Source: Eledone cirrhosa (lineage: Eukaryota). From it: a stretch of 64,000 nt of DNA. Position numbers and translations under genes: made by a program. The stretch lies in assembly GCA_964016885.1 (NCBI GenBank), contig OZ024748.1:43958001-44022000 (forward strand), given 5' to 3'. Below are positions 1 through 12,960 of the stretch, in pieces (positions within the stretch are counted from its first letter, which is position 1; every line of letters begins with the position of its first letter). The notes below the pieces were generated by a model that was given only the letters and a program-made list of their open reading frames with translations, ran no database searches and was not told where the DNA came from.

Positions 1-340
1 CCCCGTCCCACCACCCCCACCCCATCCACACCGCCCCCTTCTATGTAAAGTTATGTTGGTGCCACACCATCCAGGCCGAAACAATGAGATCGTGTAGGTG
101 TCACGACAAAAAAACACACAGTCCACGCTGTAATGTGGCCGTGTAGGCAACACGGTAAAAACCTCCCAGACCCACACTGTAAATGTGGTTGGTGTTAGGA
201 AGGGCATCCAACTGTAGAAAACCTGCCAGACAGTCCTATGCGAGCAAGACAATCACTCTTGCCTCAAGTGGGAAAACCCCCGTCCAAACCCATGCAAGCA
301 TGGAACACGGACGTTAAACGTTGATGATGATGATGATGAT
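1..340 (+). mobile_element. RTE LINE 3' UTR with (GAT)n tail
   Basis: Nearly identical to the 3' end of the RTE copy at 34921-35250; ends TTAAACGTT(GAT)n. Confidence 0.85.
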
Positions 341-1600
341 TGTGTGTGTTTTTGGAGTTGTTTTGGGTGGGACCGTGTCTTGTGTTATTTTTCCGTGTTG
401 TTTTTGTTGTTGTTGTGGTGGTGGTAGTGGCGGTATGTGGGGTGTAGGCAAAAGAGCCTTTTTTTTTGTCAATTGAGGACAGGCAGCCCTTAGATGACCC
501 CTGCTTGAACAGTAGTAACATATGGGCCTCCTACCCTCGGCTGAAATGTATACAAATGTTTCTCCATCGAGGGACACCCTCTGTGGTATTCTAGCTATTC
601 GTTCTGGTCTCATTTGGACCAGAACCTCCACGCTCAAACGTCTGTGGTGACTTCTACTGAGAGGATTCCGTCCTCGTCTTCTAAAAATCCTGTTAGTACC
701 CAGGAAATGCATGCATTAGGCCGGATTCCGGAGACTCTTATTTTTTGCGTTCTTTTCCCCAAATATGTGGGGAAAAATGTGTGTAGCTTGGAAACAATTG
801 GCGCCACAGAGTATTTCCTGGCTGTCAATTGATCCTTCATTAGCACCGTTATATTCCCATAGAGTGGCCCTCTTTGTATGAACGATATATCACTCCACAC
901 ATTTTTTAGGACCAGCTCAATTTCTTTTTGGGATAATTGAGCTGGTTTCCTTGTTATGTTGGAAATTGTTCTGAAAGATATCGTTCTTAGTGTCGTGTCT
1001 CTTTTGATTTCTTGTGGGGAGGTGATTGTGAAGTCTCCTCCTTCTTTGAAAGTTACATACTGTTTTGCTTCCTTCATCTTTTCTCTCAGAGTTGTAATGT
1101 CCAGTTGCTTGCAGGTCTGTGTTTTTCGGACCGCTTGTGCAAAGGAGGCACCAGTAGTGGGTTCGCTTTGTTTGGTGTTATTGTTATTTTTTCATTTTTT
1201 TCTTGGTTGGTGTTGTGACTATTGCTGTTGTTAGTCGTGCTGTTATTGTCATTGTTGTTTTTGTCTGCGTTTATGTGACTTTCTGGGTTTTCACCCATTT
1301 TTACAAATTTTTCTTTTAACTCCGTGTTCCATGTTTCTTTTGCAGAAGTGAGGAGGGAAGACTTAGAGCATTGTGCTTCTAGCTTCTCTGTATCACCTTT
1401 CTTAGGGGGCGTGGCTTTCTCGTTAGGATGAGATGTGAAAATTCCGTCCATTTCTATAAGTTTGCCGTAATAAATTTTTAAATGTAAAATTTGTCCCAAA
1501 AAGGGGCGAAAATAAATAAACTCAAAGTCTGACGACTCAGGCAAGGGGTTAACGTATATTACAGTACAAAAACAATAAATCAAAACTCACTTTTGAGTAA
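341..1600 (-). pseudogene. Frameshifted gag-like ORF1 (L1/Tx1-type) with CCHC zinc knuckle
   Basis: ORF pieces 1086-1583, 634-1077 and 314-712; CYYCSSRGHLRAAC fits CX2CX4HX4C; similar to ORF 16239-16910 (YLGKRTQKIRV vs YCGQTLVKIRV; EGRRP before the knuckle in both). Confidence 0.65.
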
Positions 1601-1664
1601 GTAAATCCAACTCGGTAGCCGAGCTTGTTCACACACGTAAACACACGTCTCTCGTATACGAGAT

Positions 1665-3188
1665 GTTATGTGGGATATTATGTGAGGTAAAGCCTTTACT
1701 GTGAAAATACAACAGTATATATAGAGTAATGTAAATGTTATGTGAGATATTATGTGAGGTAAAGCCTTTACTGTGAAAATACAGCAGTATATATAGAGTA
1801 ATGTAAATGTTATGTGAGATATTATGTGAGGTAAAGCCTTTACTGTGAAAATACAATAGTATATATAGAGTAATGTAAATGGTATGTGAGATATTTTGTG
1901 AGGTAAAGCCTTTGCTGTGAAAATACAATAGTATATATAGAGTAATGTAAATGTTATGTGAGATATTATGTGAGATAAAGCCTTTACTGTGAAAATACAA
2001 TAGTATATATATAAAGTAATGTAAATGTTATGTGAGATATTATGTAAGGTAAAGCATTTACTGTGAAAATACAATAGTATATATATAGAGTAATGTAAAT
2101 GTTATGTGAGATGTTATGTAAAGTAAAGCCTTTACTGTGGAAATACAATAGTATATATAGAGTAATGTAAATGTTATGTGAAATATTATGTGAGGTAAAG
2201 CCTTTACCATGAAAATATAATAGTATATATAGAGTAATGTAAATGTTATGTGAGATGTTATGTAAGGTAAAGCCTTTACTGTGAAAATACAACAGTATAT
2301 ATAGAGTAATGTAAATGTTATGTGAGCTGTTATGTAAGGTAAAGCCTTTACTGTGAAAATACAACAGTATATATAGAGTAATGTAAATGTTATGTGAGAT
2401 ATTATGTGAGGTAAAGCCTTTACTGTGAAAATACAGCAGTATATATAGAGTAATGTAAATGTTATGTGAGATATTATGTGAGGTAAAGCCTTCACTGTGA
2501 AAATACAGCAGTATATATAGAGTAATGTAAATGTTATGTGAGATATTATGTAAAGTAAAGCCTTTACTGTGAAAATACAATAGTATATATAGAGTAATGT
2601 AAATGTTATGTGAGATGTTATGTAAGGTAAAGCCTTTACTGTGAAAATACAATAGTATATATAGAGTAATGTAAATGTTATGTGAGATATATAAGGTAAA
2701 GCCTTTACTGTGAAAATACAATAGTATATATAGAGTAATGTAAATGTTATGTGAAATGTTATGTAAGGTAAAGCCTTTACTGTGAAAATACAATAGTATA
2801 TACAGAGTAATGTAAATGTTATGTGAAATATTATGTGAGGTAAAGCCTTTACCATGAAAATATAATAGTATATATAGAGTAATGTAAATGTTATGTGAGA
2901 TATTTCTTGAGGTAAAGCATTTACTGTGAAAATATAATAGTATATATAGAGTAATGTAAATGTTATGTGAGATATTATATGAGGTAAAGCCTTTACTGTG
3001 AAAATATAATAGTATATATAGAGTAATGTAAATGTTATGAGATATTTTGTGAGGTAAAGCCTTTACTGTGAAAATATAATAGTATATATATAGAGTAATG
3101 TAAATGTTATGAGATATTTTGTGAGGTAAAGCCTTTATTGTGAAAATATAATAGTATATATAGAGTAATGTAAATGCTAAAGAGTTAA
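1665..3188. repeat. 72-bp tandem minisatellite (~21 copies) ending in a piggyBac-type MITE terminus
   Basis: Unit GTAAAGCCTTTACTGTGAAAATAC...TTATGTGAG recurs at 1687, 1759 etc.; array ends AATGCTAAAGAG-TTAA (3173-3188). Confidence 0.9.
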
Positions 3189-3302
3189 ACTTTTCTTTCT
3201 TTACCCCCCACTAATTTTCAATCTCGTATTTCTAATCTGCATTGAACCAGCTTTCTTAAAACAATCATAAACAATATTGTAAATAAATATATAGCGAAAT
3301 CA

Positions 3303-3464
<162 letters not shown>

Positions 3465-3528
3465 TTAGAAACTCAACTTAAAAAGAATATATTTATACCA
3501 GACTGTTGTTTACACAAGAGTCTACCAA

Positions 3529-4600
3529 CTTAAAAGCAATCTATTTTATCATTAATTGTCTCAGTTAGAAGACTTTCTCTAGTGTAGAGTTTCCCAAACT
3601 TTTTCAAACGCGGCACCCTTTTTCGTTCAGAAACTTTAGGAGGAACCCTAAAGTCTAACACTGTTATATGGTCGTAATATAAATATACTCCTCTAACTTT
3701 TTTCATGGAACCCCAGACAATCCTTATCACTCACCAGACCCCATAACACACTCACCAGACTCCATATCACGCTGACCAGACCCTACATCACACTCACTAG
3801 ACACCATATCACACCAAACACACTCCATATCACTGACCAGACCCTATATCACACTGACCAGACCCCATATCACACTCATCAGATTCCATATCACACTGAC
3901 CAGACCCCATATCACACTCACCTGACCCCATATCACACTGACCAGACCCTATATCACACTGACCAAACCCCATATCACACTGACCAGACCCCATATCACA
4001 CTCACCAGACCCATATCACTCACCAGACCCCATATCACACTCACCAGACCCATATCACTCACCAGACCCCATATCACACTGACCAGACCCTATATCACAC
4101 TCACCAGACCCCATATCACATTCACCAGACTCATCAGACCCATATCACACTGACCAGACCCCATATCAAACCCACCAGACCCCATATCAAACCCACCAGA
4201 CCGATATTAAAAGCAATCTATTTTATCATTAATTGTCTCAGAAGACTTTCTCTAGTGTAGAGTTTCCCAAACTTTTTCAAACGCGGCACCCTTTTTCGTT
4301 CAGAAACTTTAGGAGGAACCCTAAAGTCTAACACTGTTATATGGTCGTAATATAAATATACTCCTCTAACTTTTTTCATGGAACCCCAGACAATCCTTAT
4401 CACTCACCAGACCCCATATCACACTCACCAGACCCATATCACACTCATCAGACTCCATATCACACTGACCCTATATCACACTGACCTGACCCCATATCAC
4501 ACTGACCAGACCCCATATCACACTCATCAGACTCCATATCACACTGACCTGACCCTCTATCACACTGACCAGGCCCCATATCACACTCACCTGACCTGGG
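3529..4600. repeat. 21-bp minisatellite arrays (CACACTGACCAGACCCCATAT) within a local direct duplication
   Basis: Arrays at ~3727-4200 and ~4398-4600; the unique block 3529-3740 is repeated at ~4208-4410. Confidence 0.85.
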
Positions 4601-5007
4601 TCTATTAACAGCTAGGATGGAAGTCTACATTTTATATGTGGCCTGGGCCAATCACCAGCTTTGGTGTGGATCTATATTTTACATCAGGCCGAGGCCTATT
4701 ACCAGATGGAGTGAGGCTTACATTTCATAGGAGGCCAGCACCTATTACCAATCTGGAGGGGAGCCTACATTACACACCTAGCCTGGATCTATTTTTCACA
4801 TTTGACCCAGAACTGTTACCAACTTGGATGGGGGAGGGGCATTACACATCTCCCCTTGGCCGACATTTAACATCGGACTTGACCTACCACCAGCTTTATA
4901 TTGGTCTGTTATGAAGAACTATCCTATTTATTTCAAGGAAAAATGGTTGGGGGTAAAAAAAAAGCACAAGAAAGTTTTTCAAGTTTAAAAGTGAACTAAA
5001 GACTTAC

Positions 5008-5107
5008 AGATTTATGGCTAGCTGATCGTCCATTGACAAACCAAGAGGACACATTGTTTTTGCTGATCTCACGTTGGATTATATAGTTGTCACCGTGTGA
5101 ATTATAT
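5008..5107 (-). CDS. SMC5: SMC5 coding exon 3
   Basis: 100-nt exon with TTGTCCTAG acceptor and GTAAGT donor; (L)YNSHGDNYIIQREISKNNVSSWFVNGRSASHKS; phases fit exons 2 and 4. Confidence 0.9.
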
Positions 5108-5161
5108 CTAGGACAAAAAAGAAACAAGCATACAGAATTGTTTGTTTAACATACAAAATTG

Positions 5162-8100
5162 GAGCCTATATTTCACATCTGACCTGGGCCCATCACCAAC
5201 TCTGACAGAGCCTACATTTCATGTCTGGTCTGGGTCCGTTACCAACTCAGACAGAGCCTACATTTCACATCTGACCTGGGTCCATTACCAACTCTGACAG
5301 AGCCTACATTTCACATCTGACCTGGGCCCATCACCAACTCTGACAGAGCCTACATTTCACATCTGACCAGGGTCCATTACCAACTCTGACAGAGCCTACA
5401 TTTCACATCTGACCTGGGTCCATCACCAACTCAGACAGAGTTTACATTTCACATCTGACCTGGGTCCATTACCAACTCTGACAGAGTTTACATTTCACAT
5501 CTGACCTGGGTCCATTACCAACTCTGACAGAGCCTACATTTCACATCTGACTTGGGTCCATTACCAACTCTGACAGAGCCTACATTTCACATCTGACTTG
5601 GGTCCATTACCAACTCTGACAGAGCCTACATTTCACATCTGACTTGGGTCCATTACCAACTCTGACAGAGCCTACATTTCACATCTGACTTGGGTCCATT
5701 ACCAACTCTGACAGAGCCTACATTTCACATCTGACTTGGGTCCATTACCAACTCTGACAGAGCCTACATTTCACATCTGACTTGGGTCCATTACCAACTC
5801 TGACAGAGCCTACATTTCACATCTGACTTGGGTCCATTACCAACTCTGACAGAGCCTACATTTCACATCTGACTTGGGTCCATTACCAACTCTGACAGAG
5901 CCTACATTTCACATCTGACTTGGGTCCATTACCAACTCTGACAGAGCCTACATTTCACATCTGACTTGGGTCCATTACCAACTCTGACAGAGCCTACATT
6001 TCACATCTGACTTGGGTCCATTACCAACTCTGACAGAGCCTACATTTCACATCTGACTTGGGTCCATTACCAACTCTGACAGAGCCTACATTTCACATCT
6101 GACTTGGGTCCATTACCAACTCTGACAGAGCCTACATTTCACATCTGACCTGGGTCCATCACCAACTCAGACAGAGTTTACATTTCACATCTGACCTGGG
6201 TCCATTACCAACTCTGACAGAGTTTACATTTCACATCTGACCTGGGTCCATTACCAACTCTGACAGAGCCTACATTTCACATCTGACTTGGGTCCATTAC
6301 CAACTCTGACAGAGCCTACATTTCACATCTGACCTGGGTCCATTACCAACTCTGACAGAGCCTACATTTCACATCTGACTTGGGTCCATTACCAACTCTG
6401 ACAGAGCCTACATTTCACATCTGACTTGGGTCCATTACCAACTCTGACAGAGTCTACATTTCACATCTGACTTGGGTCCATTACCAACTCTGACAGAGCC
6501 TACATTTCATGTCTGGTCTGGGCCCATTACCAACTCTGACAGAGCCTACATTTCATGTCTGGTCTGGGTCCATTACCAACTCTGACAGAGCCTACATTTC
6601 ATGTCTGGTCTGGGCCCATTACCAACTCTGACAGAGCCTACATTTCATGTCTGGTCTGGGTCCATTACCAACTCTGACAGAGTTTACATTTCACATCTGA
6701 CTTGGGTCCATTACCAACTCTGACAGAGCCTACATTTCATGTCTGGTCTGGGCCCATTACCAACTCTGACAGAGCCTACATTTCATGTCTGGTCTGGGTC
6801 CATTACCAACTCTGACAGAGCCTACATTTCATGTCTGGTCTGGGCCCATTACCAACTCTGACAGAGCCTACATTTCATGTCTGGTCTGGGTCCATTACCA
6901 ACTCTGACAGAGTTTACATTTCACATCTGACCTGGGACCATTACCAACTCTGACAGAGCCTACATTTCACATCTGACTTGGGTCCATTACCAACTCTGAC
7001 AGAGCCTACATTTCACATCTGACCTGGGTCCATTACCAACTCTGACAGAGCCTACATTTCACATCTGACTTGGGTCCATTACCAACTCTGACAGAGCCTA
7101 CATTTCACATCTGACTTGGGTCCATTACCAACTCTGACAGAGTCTACATTTCACATCTGACTTGGGTCCATTACCAACTCTGACAGAGCCTACATTTCAT
7201 GTCTGGTCTGGGCCCATTACCAACTCTGACAGAGCCTACATTTCATGTCTGGTCTGGGTCCATTACCAACTCTGACAGAGCCTACATTTCACATCTGACC
7301 TGGGACCATTACCAACTCTGACAGAGCCTACATTTCACATCTGACTTGGGTCCATTACCAACTCTGACAGAGTCTACATTTCACATCTGACTTGGGTCCA
7401 TTACCAACTCTGACAGAGCCTACATTTCATGTCTGGTCTGGGCCCATTACCAACTCTGACAGAGCCTACATTTCATGTCTGGTCTGGGTCCATTACCAAC
7501 TCTGACAGAGCCTACATTTCACATCTGACCTGGGACCATCACCAACTCTGACAGAGCCTACATTTCATGTCTGGTCTGGGCCCATTACCAACTCTGACAG
7601 AGCCTACATTTCATGTCTGGTCTGGGTCCATTACCAACTCTGACAGAGCCTACATTTCATGTCTGGTCTGGGCCCATTACCAACTCTGACAGAGCCTACA
7701 TTTCATGTCTGGTCTGGGTCCATTACCAACTCTGACAGAGCCTACATTTCACATCTGACTTGGGTCCATTACCAACTCTGACAGAGCCTACATTTCATGT
7801 CTGGTCTGGGTCCATTACCAACTCTGACAGAGTTTACATTTCACGTCTGACCTGGGTCCATTACCAACTCTGACAGAGCCTACATTTCACATCTGACCTG
7901 GGTCCATTACCAACTCAGACAGAGTTTACATTTCACATCTGACTTGGGTCCATTACCAACTCTGACAGAGCCTACATTTCATGTCTGGTCTGGGTCCATT
8001 ACCAACTCTGACAGAGCCTACATTTCATGTCTGGTCTGGGTCCATTACCAACTCTGACAGAGTCTACATTTCACATCTGACCTGGGTCCATTACCAACTC

Positions 8101-8630
8101 TGACAGAGCCTACATTTCACATCTGACTTGGGTCCATTACCAACTCTGACAGAGCCTACATTTCACATCTGACTTGGGTCCATTACCAACTCTGACAGAG
8201 CCTACATTTCACATCTGACCTGGGACCATTACCAACTCTGACAGAGCCTACATTTCACATCTGACCTGGGACCATTACCAACTCTGACAGAGCCTACATT
8301 TCACATCTGACTTGGGTCCATTACCAACTCTGACAGAGTTTACATTTCACATCTGACCTGGGACCATTACCAACTCTGACAGAGCCTACATTTCACATCT
8401 GACCTGGGACCATTACCAACTCTGACAGAGCCTACATTTCACATCTGACCTGGGACCATTACCAACTCTGACAGAGCCTACATTTCACATCTGACCTGGG
8501 ACCATTACCAACTCTGACAGAGCCTACATTTCACATCTGACCTGGGACCATTACCAACTCTGACAGAGCCTACATTTCACATCTGACCTGGGACCATTAC
8601 CAACTCTGACAGAGCCTACATTTCACATTA
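5162..8630. repeat. 46-bp tandem minisatellite (~75 copies) in SMC5 intron 2
   Basis: Unit GAGCCTACATTTCACATCTGACYTGGGTCCATTACCAACTCTGACA, with a recurrent variant TTCATGTCTGGTCTGGG. Confidence 0.95.
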
Positions 8631-8834
8631 CCAACAATATATATTTTTTAACGCTAAATTACTAACACCAATATAGCGTATTTGCCAGCCTATTGGACAC
8701 CCCTTCACATACGACGCTCCCTCTTATTTTATTATATTTTGACGTTCATAGGCATTTTCATGGACCATGTCCAATATTGGCGGGTGCTCTAGTTACGTAA
8801 CCTCCGCGAATACTCTGGTATTCGCGGGGTTTAC

Positions 8835-8878
<44 letters not shown>

Positions 8879-8923
8879 TCTCTCTCTCATTCATATATAC
8901 ATCAAAATCAAGTCCATACTTAC

Positions 8924-9118
8924 AACTCTAGTTCAATTAAACCTTTTGATTTTCCATATCGTATGTATTCAGACAGTTGAGAAGCTCTGCCTAACAAACT
9001 AGTTTTGCCACCTAGCCCGAGGCAAATAGCACAGATTATAGTTGATTTCCCAGTACCATTTGGTCCAATGATTACATTTAGATAAGGAGAAGTATAGAAC
9101 TCAACAGATTCATAGGTC
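8924..9118 (-). CDS. SMC5: SMC5 coding exon 2 (Walker A)
   Basis: 195-nt exon with CCTTGTAG acceptor and GTAAGT donor; TYESVEFYTSPYLNVIIGPNGTGKSTIICAICLGLGGKTSLLGRASQLSEYIRYGKSKGLIELE. Confidence 0.95.
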
Positions 9119-9194
9119 CTACAAGGAAAAAGAGAAAGTATTCATAAAATATAACTGTATAAAAATGAGAAAATGGTTAATTTTCCAACAAGCA

Positions 9195-9355
9195 TCAGAC
9201 ATCGTGCTTTGCAGCATAAAGTTATGGCCCTTTGCGTTCCGGGTTCAAATCCCGCCGAGGTTAACTTTGCCTTTCATCGTTACGAGGGGGTCGATAAAAT
9301 AAAGTACCAGTAATGCACTGGAGTAATTGCTGGCCTTGTGCCAAAAGTAGAAACA
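9195..9355 (+). mobile_element. tRNA-derived SINE with Meta-domain-like core (representative of many copies)
   Basis: Box B-like GGTTCAAATCC, core TTTGCCTTTCATC..GGGGTCGATAAAATAAAGTACCAG, tail GGCCTTGTGCCAAAAGTAGAAAC. Other copies near 9400, 10800, 11380, 11700, 11900, 13060, 17660, 27100, 27555-28140, 41100, 41460, 42460 and in duplicate copy 2. Confidence 0.8.
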
Positions 9356-9565
9356 AGGCGGCAATTTATCAGTCGTTAAGACATCTGATAGAATGCTTTT
9401 ATGGTATTCGTCCCACCTCATTGCACACTCTGTGTTCAAATCCCACCGTCGTCAACTTTTGAGGTCGATAAAAACAAAGTACCAGTCCAGTGGTGGGGTC
9501 AATTCTTCCTCTATAGAAAAAAATCAGCTATGTTTAAACCTGGAGAGGGCTGGGCTCCATCAGGT

Positions 9566-9782
9566 TTAACCGTTTAGCATTTAAACAGGCCATATCCGGC
9601 CAGAATTCTCTCACCTCTTTCTGTTCAAACCAGCCATAACTGGCCCCTCAAATTGACTTTAAGGTATTGTTCTCAAAATAAATAATATCAAAATCTCATA
9701 GATTTGATATTATGTGAGATAATTGTGTGAGGTAAAGCCTTTTCTGTGTAAATATAGAGTAATGTGAATGCTAAAAGGTTAA
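9566..9782. mobile_element. piggyBac-type MITE (TTAA ends)
   Basis: TTAA-CCGTTTAGCATT ... AATGCTAAAAGG-TTAA; terminal inverted repeats match at 11 of 12 positions. Confidence 0.7.
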
Positions 9783-9906
9783 ATGTGCCCTAGACATGCT
9801 GTATGATGGTGCCTCTACGACCCTACAAGGACTTATGGGATCTTTATCCTTTACTCAGCTTTTCAAATCAAAACAAACATTGTTTAAGACAAAGCTCACA
9901 CTAAAC

Positions 9907-10611
9907 CAGTGGTTCCGAAACTTTTGTGCACCATGCCCCACCTAAACATCTTAAAAAGTGCTATGCCCCCCCCCCTCCCACTTTGATATAAAAACAGCGA
10001 TGATCAACTGCAAAGTGTAAACAAATTGTTGTATAGGTGGTGCCAGTTGCACAATAACATGTGGTGGTGGTGAGACAGGAGTTTCCAACAGTAATGTGTA
10101 CCAAAGTTACCTTGGTGTAAAAGTAATAAGGTAAAACCTGACGTCTGTTTTCATTAACATTAGTTTGAAATTGCCACCCCTCTCTCCCTGAAATCATCAT
10201 CATCATCTTCATTTAACGTCCATCTTCCATGCTAACATGGGTTAGACGGGAGTTGTCCCACTTGATGCAAGGTTAGTCGGGTGACAGTGTCTCACTCGTA
10301 TAGGACTATCTGGCAGGTTTTCTACGGCTGGATGCCCTTCCTAACACCAACCACATTTACAGTGTGGAACTGGGAACTTTTTACCGTGTTACCTACATGG
10401 CCAAATTACAGCGTGGACTGTGTGTTTTTTTGTCATGACACCTACACGATCTCGATATCTCATTTATTTGGACTGGATGTTGTGGTACAAACTTTACAGA
10501 GAGAGGGTGGTGTTGGTGGGAGTGGGAGGATAGGGTATGGGTAGTGGATTGGGGTATATATTTGGTAAATTAATCCTCTGTGGTGTGTGAGACCCACGTC
10601 GGGAATCACTG
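9907..10611. mobile_element. hAT (Charlie-like) non-autonomous element with a nested RTE 3' fragment
   Basis: Ends CAGTGGTTCC... and ...GGGAATCACTG; flanked by CACTAAAC / CTCTAAAC (8-bp target duplication, 1 mismatch). Confidence 0.6.
10195..10560 (-). mobile_element. RTE LINE 3' UTR fragment
   Basis: Reverse complement resembles 1-340; (ATC)n tail at 10195-10212. Confidence 0.75.
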
Positions 10612-12566
10612 CTCTAAACCATAAACCTAATTTATATTACTTTCAATTTGCAATGCAGAGTAATAATGAAGCAGTACCAACTCTTCTCTCACTTATTCCT
10701 GGAAGGAATGTTTGAGGACTCTGTCCACCTCCACCCCCGCTCTCAGGAATAAGTGGGAGAAGAGGAGAAAGAGATATTTTGAGATCTATAGTCAATAATT
10801 CTTTCTACTTTAGGTACAAGGCTAGCAATTTGACCGGGGGGGGGGGGGTCTATTAAATCGAGCAGAGTGCGTGACTGGTGCTTTATCGACATTGTAAGGA
10901 TGAAAAGCAAAGCTAACCTCGGCAGGATTTGAATTAAGAACGTAAAGGACCACGTAACTCTGTGCTGAAAAGCATGGTGTCCGACGCTCTATCGATTCTG
11001 CCAATACCCCGTAATTTGATTTATTAAACTCGTTTTTTTTTTTGTGGGCCTCGTTTTGTCATATAAAGATTTGTAATTGACGGATTAAAACAATACGAAT
11101 AGGTTATGTAGCTGGTAAACGCTAAAGGGACACGACACACATCGCTATAGTGTTTCACCAGCCCCTTCCTTTTGTTGTTTATATTTGTTCAAGTATTTAC
11201 GAGTAGATGTGTGCGTGTGTATGTAACTACGAATGGGCGACTAAATGATTTTAACTTGTTTTTTTTTAACAATTGATGGTGGAAAAGATTTCAAATTGTC
11301 TTAACTCGGGCCACAACTCCTGGTGTCTGACACTCTTACTGGCCACATAGCCTCTTCCAAAATTAAACTGGGTCAGACACCATGCTTTGACGCATGGAGT
11401 TACGGCCCTTTCCATTCTGAGTTCAAATCCCGCTGAGGTCAAGTTTGCCTTTCATCCTTACGGGGTCGATAAAATAAAGTACCAGTAGTGTATGTACTGT
11501 GTAATTGCTGGCCTTGTGCCAAAAGTAGAAACAATTATTTATTTTAAGGTACAAGCACATGTCCATACAAGAGCGAAGATGGTGTAATCTCTCTAACAAA
11601 CGGACGGAACGAATTCTTTAGAAATCAATATAATCTTTGTATCTTTCTATGGTGAATTTCTATTATTACACCCGTCTTGGAGAAAGGTGTAATAATAATT
11701 GCTTCTACTTTTGGCACAAGGCCAGCAATCACCCAGTGCATTACTGGTACTTTATTTCATCGACCCCGTAAGGAAGAAAGGTAAAGTTAACCTCGGCGGG
11801 ATTTGAACTCAGGCTATAACACTATGCTACAAAGCATGACGCCCGACCCTCTACCGATCCTGCCAATCCACCGCCCTTATGCCTGAAAGGTGTAATAATA
11901 ATTGTTTCTACTTTTGGCACAAGGCCAGCAATTACTCCAGTGCATTACTGCTACTTTATTTAAGGCAAAGTTAACCTCGGCAGGATTTGAACTCAGGCCA
12001 TAAAGGTACGTAACTAAATGTCACAAAACGTCCGACGTTCTACCGATTCTGCTGCCCTTTATAATAACAAGTTAATTTTAAGGGTAGTTAGTTAATAAGT
12101 TTAGTTAAAATTTTGAAGGTGAAATTTATATTTTTCCTGTGATGTTTGATGTTTTGAACGAATGTCCTCGTAAATTACTGGTTTTCTGTGTTTCCCCCAC
12201 CTGAGAACTTCATAACAGTCGTCACAGAAACAGGTGTAATAAAACTATTTAAAAAATTACCAATTTCAAGAAGAATCGCTATTATATAGTATATTTTCTG
12301 AAAGTTCCTTACCACTTAAAGAAGCTGATAGACTCTAACCGACATCAGTCGGATCATTGAGAAATATGTGAATAAAAGATAATATAAAGTTTTAAATCTC
12401 GGGTGCTTTTTGTTTGTTTTTTTAAATGTAATATAACTTAAATAATCCTACATTATAATCAAAGAAAGCACTTCCAGAAAAGCAACCATTACAGTTACGA
12501 CCATTTTCAAGCGTTTCTTAAGAAATTAAAGTGAATAAATATTAAAAAGAATGAATGAAAACTCAC

Positions 12567-12688
12567 AAGATATTTTCGAGCTTAATTCGAACTATCGATC
12601 CTTCGCCAAAACCTTCTCTTTTAGTTTGTTTAACTGGTAATTCCGTGTGAGATGAATCTATAGTTACAGGTAGGATTGGCGCCGACAT
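12567..12688 (-). CDS. SMC5: SMC5 coding exon 1
   Basis: ATG at 12688 and GTGAGT donor; MSAPILPVTIDSSHTELPVKQTKREGFGEGSIVRIKLENI(L) matches the SMC5 N-terminal EGSIVRI..ENFL strand; phase joins exon 2. Confidence 0.9.
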
Positions 12689-12942
12689 TTTTATGTTTAT
12701 TAAACTGTTTTATATAAATTATATATTGGAAACACGGAAAACGAAACCGCATATTAACAGAAACTGAATGACCTGAAATTCTTTTTCTAAAAATTACTCG
12801 AGATAAATTAAACCCTTAACTGATAATCACGAATGTCTTTATTGATATTGTAAATTATAAAGCACTCCCATCCATTAAATTAAATGCGTTAAATATTATC
12901 GGCACTCCTGAAATTCGTTCATTGAACAGGAATTTTGACAAA

Positions 12943-12960
12943 TTTAAATTTTTCGCGCGA
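12943..12960 (-). promoter_or_regulatory. Candidate E2F site (TTTCGCGC) plus CHR-like TTTAAA upstream of SMC5
   Basis: TTTCGCGC at 12951-12958 and TTTAAA at 12943-12948, ~260 bp upstream of the ATG. Confidence 0.35.

Noticed and set aside
1580-2855. Long repetitive ORFs (MYFHSKGFTSHNISHNIY...)
   Set aside because: Translation of a 72-bp satellite open in several frames, with frame-breaking units, inside an SMC5 intron.
5162-8630. CRISPR-like regular array
   Set aside because: Head-to-tail units without unique spacers, eukaryotic intron context and no cas genes.
9195-9355. tRNA gene
   Set aside because: Only box A/B-like remnants joined to a SINE core and tail; no cloverleaf; many degenerate copies.
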